From Mayamaea pseudoterrestris (lineage: Eukaryota): a DNA stretch of 64,000 nucleotides. The position numbers and the translations under genes were made by a program. Numbering within the stretch: position 1 is the first letter of the stretch; the number at the start of each line of letters is the position of its first letter. Below, one piece after another: positions 22,766-33,968 of this stretch. The stretch lies in the NCBI GenBank assembly GCA_027923505.1, contig BROI01000002.1, positions 682,001-746,000 on the forward strand, given 5' to 3'. The notes beneath the pieces are model-generated. The model saw only the letters and a list, made by a program, of their open reading frames with translations. It made no database searches and had not been told where the DNA came from.

Positions 22766-22823
22766 AAACAAGCATAGATATAGAGTATATTAAGATATAA
22801 AGATATAAACGACGAAGAGTAAT

Positions 22824-24545
22824 CTATAACGAAATTTTATCTCGTGCAACTTCTTTTGTTTCGAGCATGGAGCGTATTTGTCGATATGGATATAGAGAAC
22901 GATGACCATCAGACCAATCCACTGACAATGCATAGTTGCCCGTTGGCCTCATGTTCAGTGGCTTGATGGACTCGGGTATGGTGCTTGGGTTCAAAATTTG
23001 TCGCCCAGTCATTTCTTCAACACATGCAGCGCACCGACACCCTCTTCGAAGGGTGGCTGGTGTCATGGTCTCGTCATCGACAGTAAGCAGGTTGCCCTCC
23101 TTGTCAAAATCAACTGTTGGTCGTTGGCTGCCAGCAAATTTAACCTTGGCCACTTCACCTACAATGGCTTGCGCCAAATCCTTGTACACCTTCGCTTGTG
23201 AACTGTCAGGATATTCAAGAACGAATGGAACTCCATGATCTCCATTGTAAGCAATTTGATCCACCAGCGGTACAGCAAACGTATGTTCAATGCCATATTC
23301 TTTAGATAGGCGCTCGCTGTGACCAGCTCCAAAGATGCGAACCTGTTCACGTTCCCCATTTTTAACCGTTTCTTGTACGACGTCAACAAGCTCCTCCGAC
23401 AAGCGATCCACGGTCGAGCCGCCGTTGAGTTCAAGACCGTAAGTTTGCAGCTTGGCTGCCAGTGCCTGCTTCAGCTCGTCGCGATTCACTCTTGGCGCTG
23501 GACTCTCGTAGTATGCCATATTTTCCACAACGGCAACGGCAGGAACATTGACACTGTCAAACATTTCCACGCCGCGGACAACATCCACAAAGCTCAGCTC
23601 CTGCGGCGTCGTGACAATGACAGCGGCCGTAATGTTGAGTCGCTGCGTCAAGGTCAACTGAATGTCGCCCGTCCCCGGCGGCATGTCGAGAATCAAATAG
23701 TCGAGCGATCCCCAATTCGTCACGGCCAAAAACTGATCGAGCAGTTGCGTCACCATAGGGCCGCGCATGACGGCGGATCCTTCATTGACGTAGCCAAAGC
23801 TCATGAGTCGAACTCCATTGCGCTGGAGGGGAGCAATTTGCCGACCAACAAACCTGACAATGTCATCATCTGGCGTCACCATGGTTGGAAGCGACGGTCC
23901 ATAAACATCCGCATCCAATATTCCTACATTGGCTCCTAGCGCTTGCAGCGAAAAGGCCAAATTGACCGCCGTCGTGCTCTTTCCCACTCCGCCTTTGCAG
24001 GAAGAGACGGCAACAATGGCTCCAATCTGCGCCATGCCGGATGCTTCCGTCTGCTGAAAGCTTGCCTGCGCCGTCATGGTCACATTGGCAGTCTGGATCC
24101 ACTCTAGCGATTCCACGAGCCGCACGCAGTCGTCCTGAAACTGCTGCTTGACGGGACAGGCGGGCGTCGTTAGCTCCACGTTGAAGGAAACGGTGCGGTC
24201 CAATTCGTCGAGTTGAAGGTTTTGCACAAAACCTAGTGTGACAATGTCAGTTCCGAGATCAGGATCAATAATAGACTTTAGTTGCTGTAGTACTTGCCCT
24301 TGCCATTCTGAAGGTACTGGAGGTAGACTGTCGTTGTCATGAGAGGATGAGGATGAAGAAGCAAGTAGAGTTTGTGATGGGCGAATGTTGCAGCTATTGT
24401 CATCGATGGAAGAAGCAGATTGAAATGAATTTTGAAGGCGCAATTTGTAGACGAGCGGCCTCTGCAGTGTAAATGCTTGACTTGACGCAAAGCATGCCGC
24501 GGATACGAGCCAAGTGAGGCCGAGGCGCTGCGTCGAAATCCTCAT
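22824..24545 (-). CDS. HCF101: Plastid Fe-S cluster assembly factor HCF101 (DUF59 + Mrp/ApbC P-loop + DUF971)
   Basis: Bipartite presequence (SQA|F), IIDPDLGTDIV..LTTPACP, SSCKGGVGKST, DADVYGPS, DMPPGTGD, CRCAAC and GNYALSVDWSDGH. Confidence 0.93.
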   Translation of the reverse strand: MRISTQRLGLTWLVSAACFASSQAFTLQRPLVYKLRLQNSFQSASSIDDNSCNIRPSQTLLASSSSSSHDNDSLPPVPSEWQGQVLQQLKSIIDPDLGTDIVTLGFVQNLQLDELDRTVSFNVELTTPACPVKQQFQDDCVRLVESLEWIQTANVTMTAQASFQQTEASGMAQIGAIVAVSSCKGGVGKSTTAVNLAFSLQALGANVGILDADVYGPSLPTMVTPDDDIVRFVGRQIAPLQRNGVRLMSFGYVNEGSAVMRGPMVTQLLDQFLAVTNWGSLDYLILDMPPGTGDIQLTLTQRLNITAAVIVTTPQELSFVDVVRGVEMFDSVNVPAVAVVENMAYYESPAPRVNRDELKQALAAKLQTYGLELNGGSTVDRLSEELVDVVQETVKNGEREQVRIFGAGHSERLSKEYGIEHTFAVPLVDQIAYNGDHGVPFVLEYPDSSQAKVYKDLAQAIVGEVAKVKFAGSQRPTVDFDKEGNLLTVDDETMTPATLRRGCRCAACVEEMTGRQILNPSTIPESIKPLNMRPTGNYALSVDWSDGHRSLYPYRQIRSMLETKEVARDKISL

Positions 24546-24779
24546 GGTGCAGCTGCGCCAGTCGATTTTGTAAACCATCATTCGTTCGTTCGGCAGAGCA
24601 AGGAACCCGTAAAAACGTATCGCAGCGGTTTTAACGTGACAGCTGTCGCATCGACCACGGAAGTTGGCGAAGAAAACCATTTCCACAACTCACTCAGCAT
24701 CAACTTAAAGATTGACAGTCCAAGCAAGCTGACTCAAATAGATACGAGAAGGAGACGTTCACTCATGAATCAATAGGAG

Positions 24780-25934
24780 ATGAAAGTTTCAAGACGATTG
24801 ATGGTCGGCAGAGCGACCTTTCTTCTATGGAACGCATTCACATCACTGCTTCTCATTGCAATTTCGCCGCAACCCCATCGAGGTGCAGCAGATGCATTCG
24901 TTTCGCTGACTGCTGCGCCTTCTGTTCAGAAGCAGCTACGATATTCTTGTAAAAGACAGAGACATATAGACTTTGCATTGCTAGCCGCAAAGCTAACATC
25001 CGAGGAGGTGAAAGCAAGACTCGACGACTCCATTGCTCGACTGCGAGAAAAGGACAAGAAAACAAAGCTCACTGACCCAGATGAACTCAAGATTGTTTTT
25101 GAGGATGACCATTTAGTGGTCATTGACAAGCCGGTGGGAGTGCTATCGGTTCCTAGCGAGCCAGGTGTTCCGTCCTTAATCGAGTCTGTCTTTGCGCGTT
25201 ATCAAAAGCAACAAGCTGAATCACCAGCTACATGCAAAGCAAACATTACTCATTACGAACCCATCACCAAGATGCACCAAATGGTTGTCCATCGTCTTGG
25301 AATGGAAACATCTGGCTTGATAATATTCGCCAAATCCCTTGAAGCCGTCCGCAAATTAAACACACTCTTTCGCACCCGCAAAATCACGCGTCAATACGAG
25401 GCGCTCGTCTGCGGACACGTCACTTCGAAAACGCACGGACTCATCAACTTGCCACTGATGCGAGACTACGAGTACCCGCCGTACATGAGAATATCCACCG
25501 ATGAGCATCAGCGCCACTTGCTGGAGCTGAACGTTACCATGGTTGGTCGCAAGCTTCTCCGCGCACCCTTGTCGAGCCTGACGCACTTTCAAGTGCTGGG
25601 ACTTGAAAACTTTCGCAACAGCACCGACTTGCCCGTCACGCGGCTAACGCTGACAAGCATTTCCGGCCGGACGCATCAATTGAACGTTCACTGTGCGGCA
25701 TATGGACATGCCATTGTGCATGATTTAGTACATGGTTTCAAGGGTGAAGCAGCTCCGTATGGAGGATTGGCGTTTGAGGAAACGATCAGCAACGATCGAG
25801 CTTCTCTAGAGCTGCAGGAGCAGCTCTATGAAGCTACGCAGGGTGATCGAATGTGCATTCACTGCAAGCTTTTGCGGTTTAAACATCCGTGCACCAAGGA
25901 GACGATGGAGCTCACAAGTCCAGCTTCGTTTTAG
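24780..25934 (+). CDS. RluA-family pseudouridine synthase-like protein, probably plastid-targeted, with the catalytic Asp replaced
   Basis: IDKPVG..SVP, VHRLGMETSG (canonical HRLDxxTSG), SGRTHQLNVH and F.HP. The presequence contains ADA|F. Confidence 0.85.
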   Translation: MKVSRRLMVGRATFLLWNAFTSLLLIAISPQPHRGAADAFVSLTAAPSVQKQLRYSCKRQRHIDFALLAAKLTSEEVKARLDDSIARLREKDKKTKLTDPDELKIVFEDDHLVVIDKPVGVLSVPSEPGVPSLIESVFARYQKQQAESPATCKANITHYEPITKMHQMVVHRLGMETSGLIIFAKSLEAVRKLNTLFRTRKITRQYEALVCGHVTSKTHGLINLPLMRDYEYPPYMRISTDEHQRHLLELNVTMVGRKLLRAPLSSLTHFQVLGLENFRNSTDLPVTRLTLTSISGRTHQLNVHCAAYGHAIVHDLVHGFKGEAAPYGGLAFEETISNDRASLELQEQLYEATQGDRMCIHCKLLRFKHPCTKETMELTSPASF

Positions 25935-26427
25935 GTTGTTTAAATTTGCATATAACATAAGTTAAGTATTACATATTAGAGACACATGACTTACATTATA
26001 TGGTAGTACAAGTACACTTGAATTATCGTATACGACGGTCTAAGTGGCTGCAGCTTTTTCAAAGTGCTTCTCCTTCCATGTCGAGGCTGACGTGCAGTTC
26101 AACAATAAATACTTCTAAAATTTATACTCAATAGTAACATATAAAAAGGCCCGGTTATTATTTTAACGATTATGAGTATCACAAAGTATACATTTACAAG
26201 TACTGATCACAGGAGAGTGGTGAAAGCAACGACGACATTTGGAACGCTGGGTCCCAAAGCATAGTCTGCTTTCCACATTCTCTCGGGCTTGCGCAAGATT
26301 TTCTTTCGACAGATATGAAGCATGGACACTCAATGGTGAGTGATAATGCAAATAAACATGAATATTTTTGTGGTTGGTAGTGTAGCCTTGGCAAGTAGCG
26401 CGGCGCGGCGATGGCGAAAGCCATTAG

Positions 26428-27993
26428 TTAACAACGGTTCTCCATGACTTGGCAGGCAGCCGCCACCAAGAGAGGAAGGGATGGCCCATTTTCATGGTCT
26501 TCGTAATAGTGTTTTGAAGCTTCGTCCACAGATGGGGTCACCATGGCGCTCTCGTTATGCTGAAAGAGGGCACGGCGAGGAATGAGAAAGCTCGAAGGCT
26601 TGCCTTGAGGGGGCTCGGGCGACCCATTCAACTGGGGTGACACCCGACGCGGATCCTTGCTGCGCTCCAGAGTCGAGCGACTTAGACTGTCCGGAATAGG
26701 CCATAGCGAAGGCATGGGAGAGCTTAGATTAGCTTCGTCATTGTTGGCATGCGCCGGCGTTCCGTGCCATGGACGTCCTGGAGTGACGAGGGCCGAGCGG
26801 ACATCTTCCGCCGTAACAGACGGAGACAGGGTCGTCTTTTGCGGCGTCAAAAAGCCTGGAGTATGCTTGAAGCTCGTTTTTTGTTCCTCCGACTTTTCCT
26901 CCTTGGCAATCTCCATGCTAGTCTCGAGCAAGGTTGCCACCGACACACGAACAACCGTGCGAGTGCTCTTCTCCACCATGGCGGCCAAAAGCTTGGTATT
27001 GATCTCAATAGCCACTGACTTGAGGTCGTCTTTATCACTCTCCGTGGTAAGAAATGTACCTTCAATGACTCCTGGAACATCAATGGCAATCTCCGAAAAT
27101 CCAGCAGGCGTCTCGAGTGCAGCAATGACCTTCAATACAAGATTATATGATGCCTTGAACTGGTAGTCTCCCTCCTCGAGTTCCGATGGATCCTCCACTC
27201 GCTGTTTCTTGCTAGCAGGCATGCTGCTACTGTCGTTGGCCTCCGAAGGTCCCAAAACTTCAAAGCTTGTCACCGTGGAGGTGACAAGAATCTTCTTGGA
27301 AGCGTCCAAAAGACTTTGAATCACGAGTGCTTCCTGCGTCTGAAGCAAGTTTTTGATTTCCTCCTTGCTTGCTCCACTCTTGCGCAAGGCATTCTCCTTC
27401 TCCACAAGCACAAGCGAACATGCGCGGATCCAGCTATCAATGCGAAACTGTAGCGCCTTTTGGATCGTGAGGCGAACATTCAACGCCATTGCGTCCGCCG
27501 ACAGACGCAAGGCGTCAACATCCTTCACCTGCAAATTCCGCTCGAGCAAAGTCGCTGGACTAGGCTGCGTACCATTGTCGCTCACAATGCGATTGATCTT
27601 TGCTGGTTTCGAATGTGACGGCGCGGAACGTTCCAAGTGTTCGAGTGAAAGCGATGGACACGTGAATCGAAATGATCGAGTCCTATTCGCAATGGACGAC
27701 GGACGATGCTGCAATGACTCCTCGTCGGCAGACGACGCTTCGAACGAATGTTCACTCTCTGACGATGAGACTGGATCCATGTCTAGCTGCTCAAGACTAG
27801 AGGGTGAGGATGAAAGGAGGCTCATTAAGAGTTCGGCTTCCTGACGCGTGGTGCCGTCATCAGCAATGCCAGGCTCGGTATTAACGTTGCTTGAGCCCAA
27901 CGAATAGACAAAATCGACTAGCGCCATTTTCTCGGCAGATAGTACGTCCTCATAAGGAGCAGTAGTAGGTTCTAGACTCTCCATGATCTCCAT
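26428..27993 (-). CDS. Hypothetical Ser/Pro-rich protein
   Basis: 521-aa ATG-initiated ORF filling the gap between neighbours; no recognisable domain. Confidence 0.65.
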   Translation of the reverse strand: MEIMESLEPTTAPYEDVLSAEKMALVDFVYSLGSSNVNTEPGIADDGTTRQEAELLMSLLSSSPSSLEQLDMDPVSSSESEHSFEASSADEESLQHRPSSIANRTRSFRFTCPSLSLEHLERSAPSHSKPAKINRIVSDNGTQPSPATLLERNLQVKDVDALRLSADAMALNVRLTIQKALQFRIDSWIRACSLVLVEKENALRKSGASKEEIKNLLQTQEALVIQSLLDASKKILVTSTVTSFEVLGPSEANDSSSMPASKKQRVEDPSELEEGDYQFKASYNLVLKVIAALETPAGFSEIAIDVPGVIEGTFLTTESDKDDLKSVAIEINTKLLAAMVEKSTRTVVRVSVATLLETSMEIAKEEKSEEQKTSFKHTPGFLTPQKTTLSPSVTAEDVRSALVTPGRPWHGTPAHANNDEANLSSPMPSLWPIPDSLSRSTLERSKDPRRVSPQLNGSPEPPQGKPSSFLIPRRALFQHNESAMVTPSVDEASKHYYEDHENGPSLPLLVAAACQVMENRC

Positions 27994-28607
27994 GGTTCCG
28001 TATGTGGTCCTCGTCCGAAAGTCACCCTCTGCAGCATTGGAGCCGAGCGTTTCGCCGCGCGTTTTTGCAAGGCGCAGGAGGCTTCCTTTCGAGTCAGATT
28101 GGCTCCGTGTGTAGAGCCAGGTACTGACATCACGTGGGCTTATGAACTCGACGAAATTGGGGAGGTGCCGGCGTGCATGAAGAATAGTTACTTAAGCGCT
28201 GTGGGCGAAGTCTGCGTATCAATCGTCAAGTTGACTTTAAATGACGTGGCATTAGCCAATGAAATTGCTCTATTCAGCAAAGTACTTGCGGGACCACGGA
28301 TTCACCATGGTAATCAATGAAACGACGATCATCTATAACGAACCTATCTGCAGACGAATCTACTTTGACAATATAAATGTAATTACAAAATTTCCTGAGA
28401 TGTTACTCGTGTCCGTTCAGATCCGCAAGAGGTCGTGACGGCCATTGGTCCGGAACTGACGTAAACGAGCCAATGGATGGCTGTCAAACCCTCGCGCGGA
28501 ACGTTCGGTGAAATTCCATGCTCCCGTTTTGTGATCCTTGGCGTATGCTTCCTTTGATTTGTCGTCGGCATGGGGGTCGCTGGTTCGCCTATAGTGGCGG
28601 CAGTGAC

Positions 28608-29762
28608 ATGAGGAGGAGCCTTGGGCTAATGTTGGTTTGCGTCCATGCAGCTTGCGCATTGTCCGTGAGGTTTCACCGAGTATCACCCAGTCGGGCCTTG
28701 ATCCGCCATGGATCCAACTGGAGCAAAGTCATATCATCATTGCGATCCATCACTACTAGCGCCGATGAACAGGAGATTATTGACTGCAATGAATCGAATG
28801 ATTACACCCGCTTACCGCGAATCTACGTTGGATCGCCGGAAGCCAGTCGAGCATGCTCATTGCCGTGGGCCAAACAGGAGCAAACAGTAGCTCCTTTGTT
28901 GCCGCGTCTAAAGGAGCGATTGCAGATTCAATTGACTGCCGATCAATCGCACTACGTGAGCAATGTGCTTCGTCTCACCAAAAAGAAAAAGAGTAGCTCC
29001 AATGCATTGCTGCGAGTCTTTGATGGATTATCGGGTGAGTGGCTGGCCAGAGTGGTTGCACCGCAGATGGACGATTCGTCGGATCAGCAGCAGCAACGTC
29101 GTCGTCGGAGCGCCAATGCACCATTAATGGCAGAATGCTTGAAACTCTTGCGACCGCTGCCAATGGCATGCTCATCGCCGAGTCTTTGGCTCGCTCCGCC
29201 CAAGAAACGAGAGCGTGTACGATGGCTTATTGAAAAGGCGACGGAACTAAATGTACGGCAAGTCTTGTTTCTCGAATCAGATTACAGTGAAGCGGGAGCA
29301 TTCGATGTCGACAAGCTTGGAATATATGCAGTGGAAGCTGCGGAACAATGCGAACGATTGGATATCCCAGTCTTTATGATTGGTGGCAAAGATTCAACCA
29401 TGCGCCTTGATGATGCCATCCAACAATGGACCTCGAACTCGGAGCGTAATCAGTTGCAAACAAAAATGCTATTTTGCCGCGAGAGGGGTGAGCATGCGTT
29501 GCCAGTTCTTGATGTGCTGCGCCGATTAATGCAGTCATGTCAAGGCGTGGCAGATGAACCCCAAATTTCGTTTGTAGTGGGGCCGGAAGGCGGATGGAGT
29601 GGGCGGGAGCAAGCACTAATGGATGATCTTGCGAAGAAGCATCCGGATGACGCATTCATTGTTTCGCTTGGAGGAAATGTATTGCGAGCCGAGACGGCGG
29701 CGATGACTGCCATTGCTGCCTACACGCTCTTCACTGATGGCAGAGGTGCTAACAATGAATGA
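28608..29762 (+). CDS. rsmE: 16S rRNA (uracil1498-N3)-methyltransferase RsmE, organelle-targeted
   Basis: HYVSNVLR, RVFDG, LIEKATELNV, EAAEQCER, VGPEGGWS..E and SLGGNVLRAETA (SPOUT motifs), with a hydrophobic N-terminal presequence. Confidence 0.9.
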   Translation: MRRSLGLMLVCVHAACALSVRFHRVSPSRALIRHGSNWSKVISSLRSITTSADEQEIIDCNESNDYTRLPRIYVGSPEASRACSLPWAKQEQTVAPLLPRLKERLQIQLTADQSHYVSNVLRLTKKKKSSSNALLRVFDGLSGEWLARVVAPQMDDSSDQQQQRRRRSANAPLMAECLKLLRPLPMACSSPSLWLAPPKKRERVRWLIEKATELNVRQVLFLESDYSEAGAFDVDKLGIYAVEAAEQCERLDIPVFMIGGKDSTMRLDDAIQQWTSNSERNQLQTKMLFCRERGEHALPVLDVLRRLMQSCQGVADEPQISFVVGPEGGWSGREQALMDDLAKKHPDDAFIVSLGGNVLRAETAAMTAIAAYTLFTDGRGANNE

Positions 29763-29871
29763 TAGAATGCATTTTTTGATAGATGAATGGTTATATAGAC
29801 AATTGTCTTTATATGTATTGTATTCAATGGTGATATCCGTTTACCTCGCATCACATTGGCGATTTACCACT

Positions 29872-30693
29872 TCATGCAATTTTCACTTGAGCTACAAATG
29901 TTTGAGCTGCGCTTTCAACCGAGGAATCGTCGCTTTGCTGATCCGATGTACCATCGAGTGACGGAAGACTAATGCCGGTACTACAGCTATCCAATGACAT
30001 GGACCTGTCAATATTGTCAAGAGTTCCTCGGCCAGGAAAGTGACGAAAGAGTGAAAATGTTTTGGTCTTGCGTGCGACTGATTCATCATTGTTTGTCATG
30101 GCAAGCACCGACGTTGGGCTTGTCGATGAAAGACTTGGCAACCAGCTCTCATTACTAGAATGTCTTGTGAAGGGGCTAACGTCCACTTCCTCTTGCTCCG
30201 CGCCATTAAACGTAATGGTTTCCGTATCAACTTCGTCCAATGCCGAGACAACATACGCTGGGTATCGCGATTCTTGGCCTGCTTGTCGAATATCTTCCAA
30301 GATTTCAGCAATCTTCATCTGATGATTCATAAATTCGAGAAGCACATGGCATAGTCCAGTCGCAGAAAAGTGTCTTGACGCGACGGCGTATCTTTGATAT
30401 CGGCGAAACATTTCTGGATTATGGAGAATGACGTTGACCTTTCGCTCAAACATCAAGTCTTCGCGAACCTCCTTGACCACAAGCTCCTGAATGGTTGGCT
30501 GCTCGCGACCAAGAACGGACCAACGAGTACGAACCAAGCGACTCAAGGCAACACGAGGACCATTCGTTAAAGGTGGCTGTTGCGATGTCGAAATTTCGTC
30601 AGAGGTTGGACATGAAGTTGAGTCCCTGGTAGAGAATATGGGGAGCCTACTTGTTTCAATCTGTTGCATTGACTTTAGAAAGTTAACCGCCAT
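29872..30693 (-). CDS. Hypothetical protein
   Basis: ORF of about 270 aa from the ATG at 30693; no recognisable domain. Confidence 0.55.
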   Translation of the reverse strand: MAVNFLKSMQQIETSRLPIFSTRDSTSCPTSDEISTSQQPPLTNGPRVALSRLVRTRWSVLGREQPTIQELVVKEVREDLMFERKVNVILHNPEMFRRYQRYAVASRHFSATGLCHVLLEFMNHQMKIAEILEDIRQAGQESRYPAYVVSALDEVDTETITFNGAEQEEVDVSPFTRHSSNESWLPSLSSTSPTSVLAMTNNDESVARKTKTFSLFRHFPGRGTLDNIDRSMSLDSCSTGISLPSLDGTSDQQSDDSSVESAAQTFVAQVKIA

Positions 30694-31052
30694 GGTTGCT
30701 CTGCTATTTCTCTCGATTGATTGGTTTGGAATCAAGATTATTTGATCGCAAACAGGAGCGACAATCGTCAACAAGAATGACGGAACAACCCTGCCAACAA
30801 TTTTGTGAGAGGCTTTCGTCTCCTAAATCTACGCGACTCACCCGGCGCGCAAGTACACTTTCTTCGACAGTGCCACGACGCACGTGACGAAACAGTGAAG
30901 CGCATCCATCTCAAATCGACCATGGCGAAAAAATAGACAAAACGACGCCGCTCCTTCAACTTATCAAAGCACCACTTCGAAGACAATTTGTCAAACAGCA
31001 TTTCTATGGCAGGATCGACAATCTCTAATAATATCAGATTCTACGGTTTATC

Positions 31053-32114
31053 ATGAAGAATGAGGTCATTTTTCGATTATCCAAATTGTGCCTTCCGATG
31101 CTGCTCGTTGACGAAACGAGCATCAACTTTGATGGATTGACGCGATCCGACCTTCAGGTTGATACGATTCAGCGTCTCTGGGCTGGTATGGGCCATATAT
31201 ATCGAGTATCATACGGAGCTCATAGCTTTGTGATAAAACACATATGTCCACCACCCATCGACAAGCAAAGCTATGGTGATCGGCGCAAGGCTCTGAGTTA
31301 CGAAGTGGAAGCTGCTTTCTACAAGACTCTGGCACAACTACTGATTGATGAACATGATTTGGCGCTGCCAAGGCCGCTGCATGTGGAGCAGCACTTTGAT
31401 GCCAAACTTGGACGACAAGAAATTATCATTTGCATGAGTTACGTCGACTCCTCGCGTGCACGACAAGGTAGCGAAAAGGATTACATTCGCGCCGTCTTGA
31501 CGTGGCTGGCAACCTTGCATGCGTCCCATTGGGGTGAGGAGTGTGTAGACGAGATTGTTGAGCAAGTCGGCCTACAAAAACAAGGGAGCTACTGGTACCT
31601 CGACACGCGACCAGATGAGCACGACAACATGCCCAGCAAGGGCTGGGAAGGACGCTTGAAGCGAGCAGCGCGCGCCATTGATAGTCGCTTGACACGTGAC
31701 GACATGCAATGTTTGATACATGGAGATGCCAAGGATGCCAATGTCATGATGACTGATTCGGGTAGCGTCGTCATGTGCGACTTTCAATACTTGGGCAAAG
31801 GACCACCGACCAAGGATCTTGCGTACTTCTTTTACACTGCAGTCGACGTGAAGAATGAAACGGAAACATTGCAATATTACCTCCACGAACTGTCCGGGAT
31901 GCTCCCGGCAGATGCAACTCCTCCAACGTTGGCACAAGTGCAAGAGTCCCTTGACCTAGCGTTTTGCGATTTTACTCGCTTCATGAGTGGATGGGGATAC
32001 TGGGGAGGCAACATGGAAAACAGGGTAAGAGCAGTTCTGGATCGCCTGGACAATGGAAAGGACTTGGGTTCGGAGGAAGCCTATGAGGCAGCCATGCACC
32101 GAGAGTTCGGGTAA
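31053..32114 (+). CDS. Ecdysteroid kinase-like / aminoglycoside phosphotransferase-fold kinase
   Basis: LWAGMG, SYEVEAAFY, LIHGDAKDAN (Brenner motif), CDFQYLGKG and DLAYF. Confidence 0.85.
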   Translation: MKNEVIFRLSKLCLPMLLVDETSINFDGLTRSDLQVDTIQRLWAGMGHIYRVSYGAHSFVIKHICPPPIDKQSYGDRRKALSYEVEAAFYKTLAQLLIDEHDLALPRPLHVEQHFDAKLGRQEIIICMSYVDSSRARQGSEKDYIRAVLTWLATLHASHWGEECVDEIVEQVGLQKQGSYWYLDTRPDEHDNMPSKGWEGRLKRAARAIDSRLTRDDMQCLIHGDAKDANVMMTDSGSVVMCDFQYLGKGPPTKDLAYFFYTAVDVKNETETLQYYLHELSGMLPADATPPTLAQVQESLDLAFCDFTRFMSGWGYWGGNMENRVRAVLDRLDNGKDLGSEEAYEAAMHREFG

Positions 32115-32237
32115 TCTTGTCCACGCCATGCATTAGATCATCTAAGCAACTTTCAATTTTTAGCTGAATTGCCACCAAGCGAAGGCCATATAGATGTACA
32201 AAGACGTTTAACTATGCATAAACTAGATAAAACGCTT

Positions 32238-33470
32238 TTACTGCCCATGGCAAACATTGTTCGTCGTGGTGCACGTAATGCATGCTCCAGCCGACAAGGG
32301 CTGCACTTGCACAGTCACGTGAAGTATTTTGTGCCTTCGACATACATTGTTAATGTGTTGCAGTGCCTTGGCGCAATCGTCGTCTACTGCCGACGCGTGA
32401 ACACTCATGCTAGTCACGCCATCGGAAATGCACCAGATATGCAAGTCATGGACATCCGTCACCGATTCTAGCGCCGACAGCTCGTCGTAAATCTGCTTCC
32501 ACGACAGTCGCGGCGGAACTGCTTCCAGCAAAACACTAATGCTGGATCGAAAGACTCCAATCGTCGAGTAAAAGACGAGGAGGCAAAAGCATAGAGTAAT
32601 GATTGGATCCACAATGACCCACGTGGGGCGGAACCAAATAACGACACCGGCCAGCAGTACAGCCACTGACTGGGCCAAATCACCCAACACGTGCAAATAC
32701 GCAGCATGCAGATTCACGTTGCGCTGTTGCTCGGCATGCTTGTGCTCGGGTAAGACTTCATCCTGATGCTCAATGACGGTCGGAATGAAAAGCTTGTCAT
32801 TCTCCGTCGAACAATGGCAGTTGTGGCTGTGATCGTGCTCATGACTGGCATGATGGTGTGAAGACGCCGACGAAATCTGAGCATGGTAATCATCATGTCC
32901 ATGGCTGTGACTATGATCGTGACCTCCACCTCCAGGTAGATGAACGTGATGCTCTCCCAAAACGTACGCCAAGACAATGTTGACAAAGACTCCAATCGCC
33001 GCAATCTGACTCATTAACTTGCCGTTCACTTGATACAAGTCTCTTATTTCGTCATCATCATCGTTTGACACTGCAATCACATAGAGTCGCCGCATCGCTT
33101 CCGACGCCAAGCCAACGCACACCAAAACGAGCGACACCATGGAGAAGAGCGCCGCCAGCGACTCGGTGCGCTGCAAGCCATACGTATGATTCGACGTGGA
33201 CGGAAGGCTGGCCAAGTAATTGGCCGCCAGCGCCACGGCAAAGGATGCCAAGTCCGACAGCAAGTGCGCCGCATCTGATAGTACGGCCAGCGAGCCACTC
33301 AGAAAGCCTCCAAGTGTTTCAACAATGAGGAAAATGGAGCAAAGGATAATGGCGCATTTCAGGCGCTGGAGAACTTGCTTACGCTCATCTGTCTCTTCGT
33401 CGCGATCGGCTTCCTGCCAGCGATGATCCTTGGCGTCGGGGATGCTGCTGATGCTACTGTAGGATGTCAT
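32238..33470 (-). CDS. Cation diffusion facilitator (ZnT/MTP-like) zinc transporter with a His-rich loop
   Basis: SLAVLSDAAHLLSD, TYGLQRTE, HDHSHSHGH loop, NLHAAYLHVLGD, DPIIT and VHDLHIW. Confidence 0.92.
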   Translation of the reverse strand: MTSYSSISSIPDAKDHRWQEADRDEETDERKQVLQRLKCAIILCSIFLIVETLGGFLSGSLAVLSDAAHLLSDLASFAVALAANYLASLPSTSNHTYGLQRTESLAALFSMVSLVLVCVGLASEAMRRLYVIAVSNDDDDEIRDLYQVNGKLMSQIAAIGVFVNIVLAYVLGEHHVHLPGGGGHDHSHSHGHDDYHAQISSASSHHHASHEHDHSHNCHCSTENDKLFIPTVIEHQDEVLPEHKHAEQQRNVNLHAAYLHVLGDLAQSVAVLLAGVVIWFRPTWVIVDPIITLCFCLLVFYSTIGVFRSSISVLLEAVPPRLSWKQIYDELSALESVTDVHDLHIWCISDGVTSMSVHASAVDDDCAKALQHINNVCRRHKILHVTVQVQPLSAGACITCTTTNNVCHGQ

Positions 33471-33864
33471 GGTGATATGGTGATGGGTGAAAGACGCACG
33501 GTTCGCTGTTCGCTGCAGCACCAACGTATTGTACGCGGAAAATGTGGCGTTGGAACCACTCCTTTCTTCTATTCCCAATGATCTTCTAGCACGTTCATCG
33601 GATGGCTGAGAGCGTTGGCTATAATATTATGAGGCTCTTCCAATGCATGTAGCAGATGGATCAAAAGGCTCATTGTCGATAATCGAACGCGCCTCACACT
33701 TGCCGAACCGGCTAATCGGAACTTTATGGCGTCACTGATGCAACTTGGCGATGCAGCTGTTTTGCGAGTTGACATGATGACATGATCGATCGCGTTGCTT
33801 GTTATCGCTATCCAAATCTATCATATGCTCTATGGGTAGTCGGTAGATCTGATTTACGTTTCTC

Positions 33865-33925
33865 GGTCCACAGTCCACGGCCACGGCCATGGTCCACGAT
33901 CCACGCTTCACGGTTCACGTTCCAT
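33865..33925. repeat. Degenerate tandem 6-7-bp repeat (about 9 copies of GGTCCAC-like units) in a divergent promoter
   Basis: The sequence reads ggtccac agtccac ggccac ggccat ggtccac gatccac gcttcac ggttcac gttccat. Confidence 0.7.
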
Positions 33926-33968
33926 AATGCATGGCGCATGGCTCATACTGTAGACGAAAATATCATCA

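Noticed and set aside
22775..22810. AGATATA-like short repeats between TAT and HCF101
   Set aside because: Ordinary AT-rich 3'-end sequence between convergent genes.
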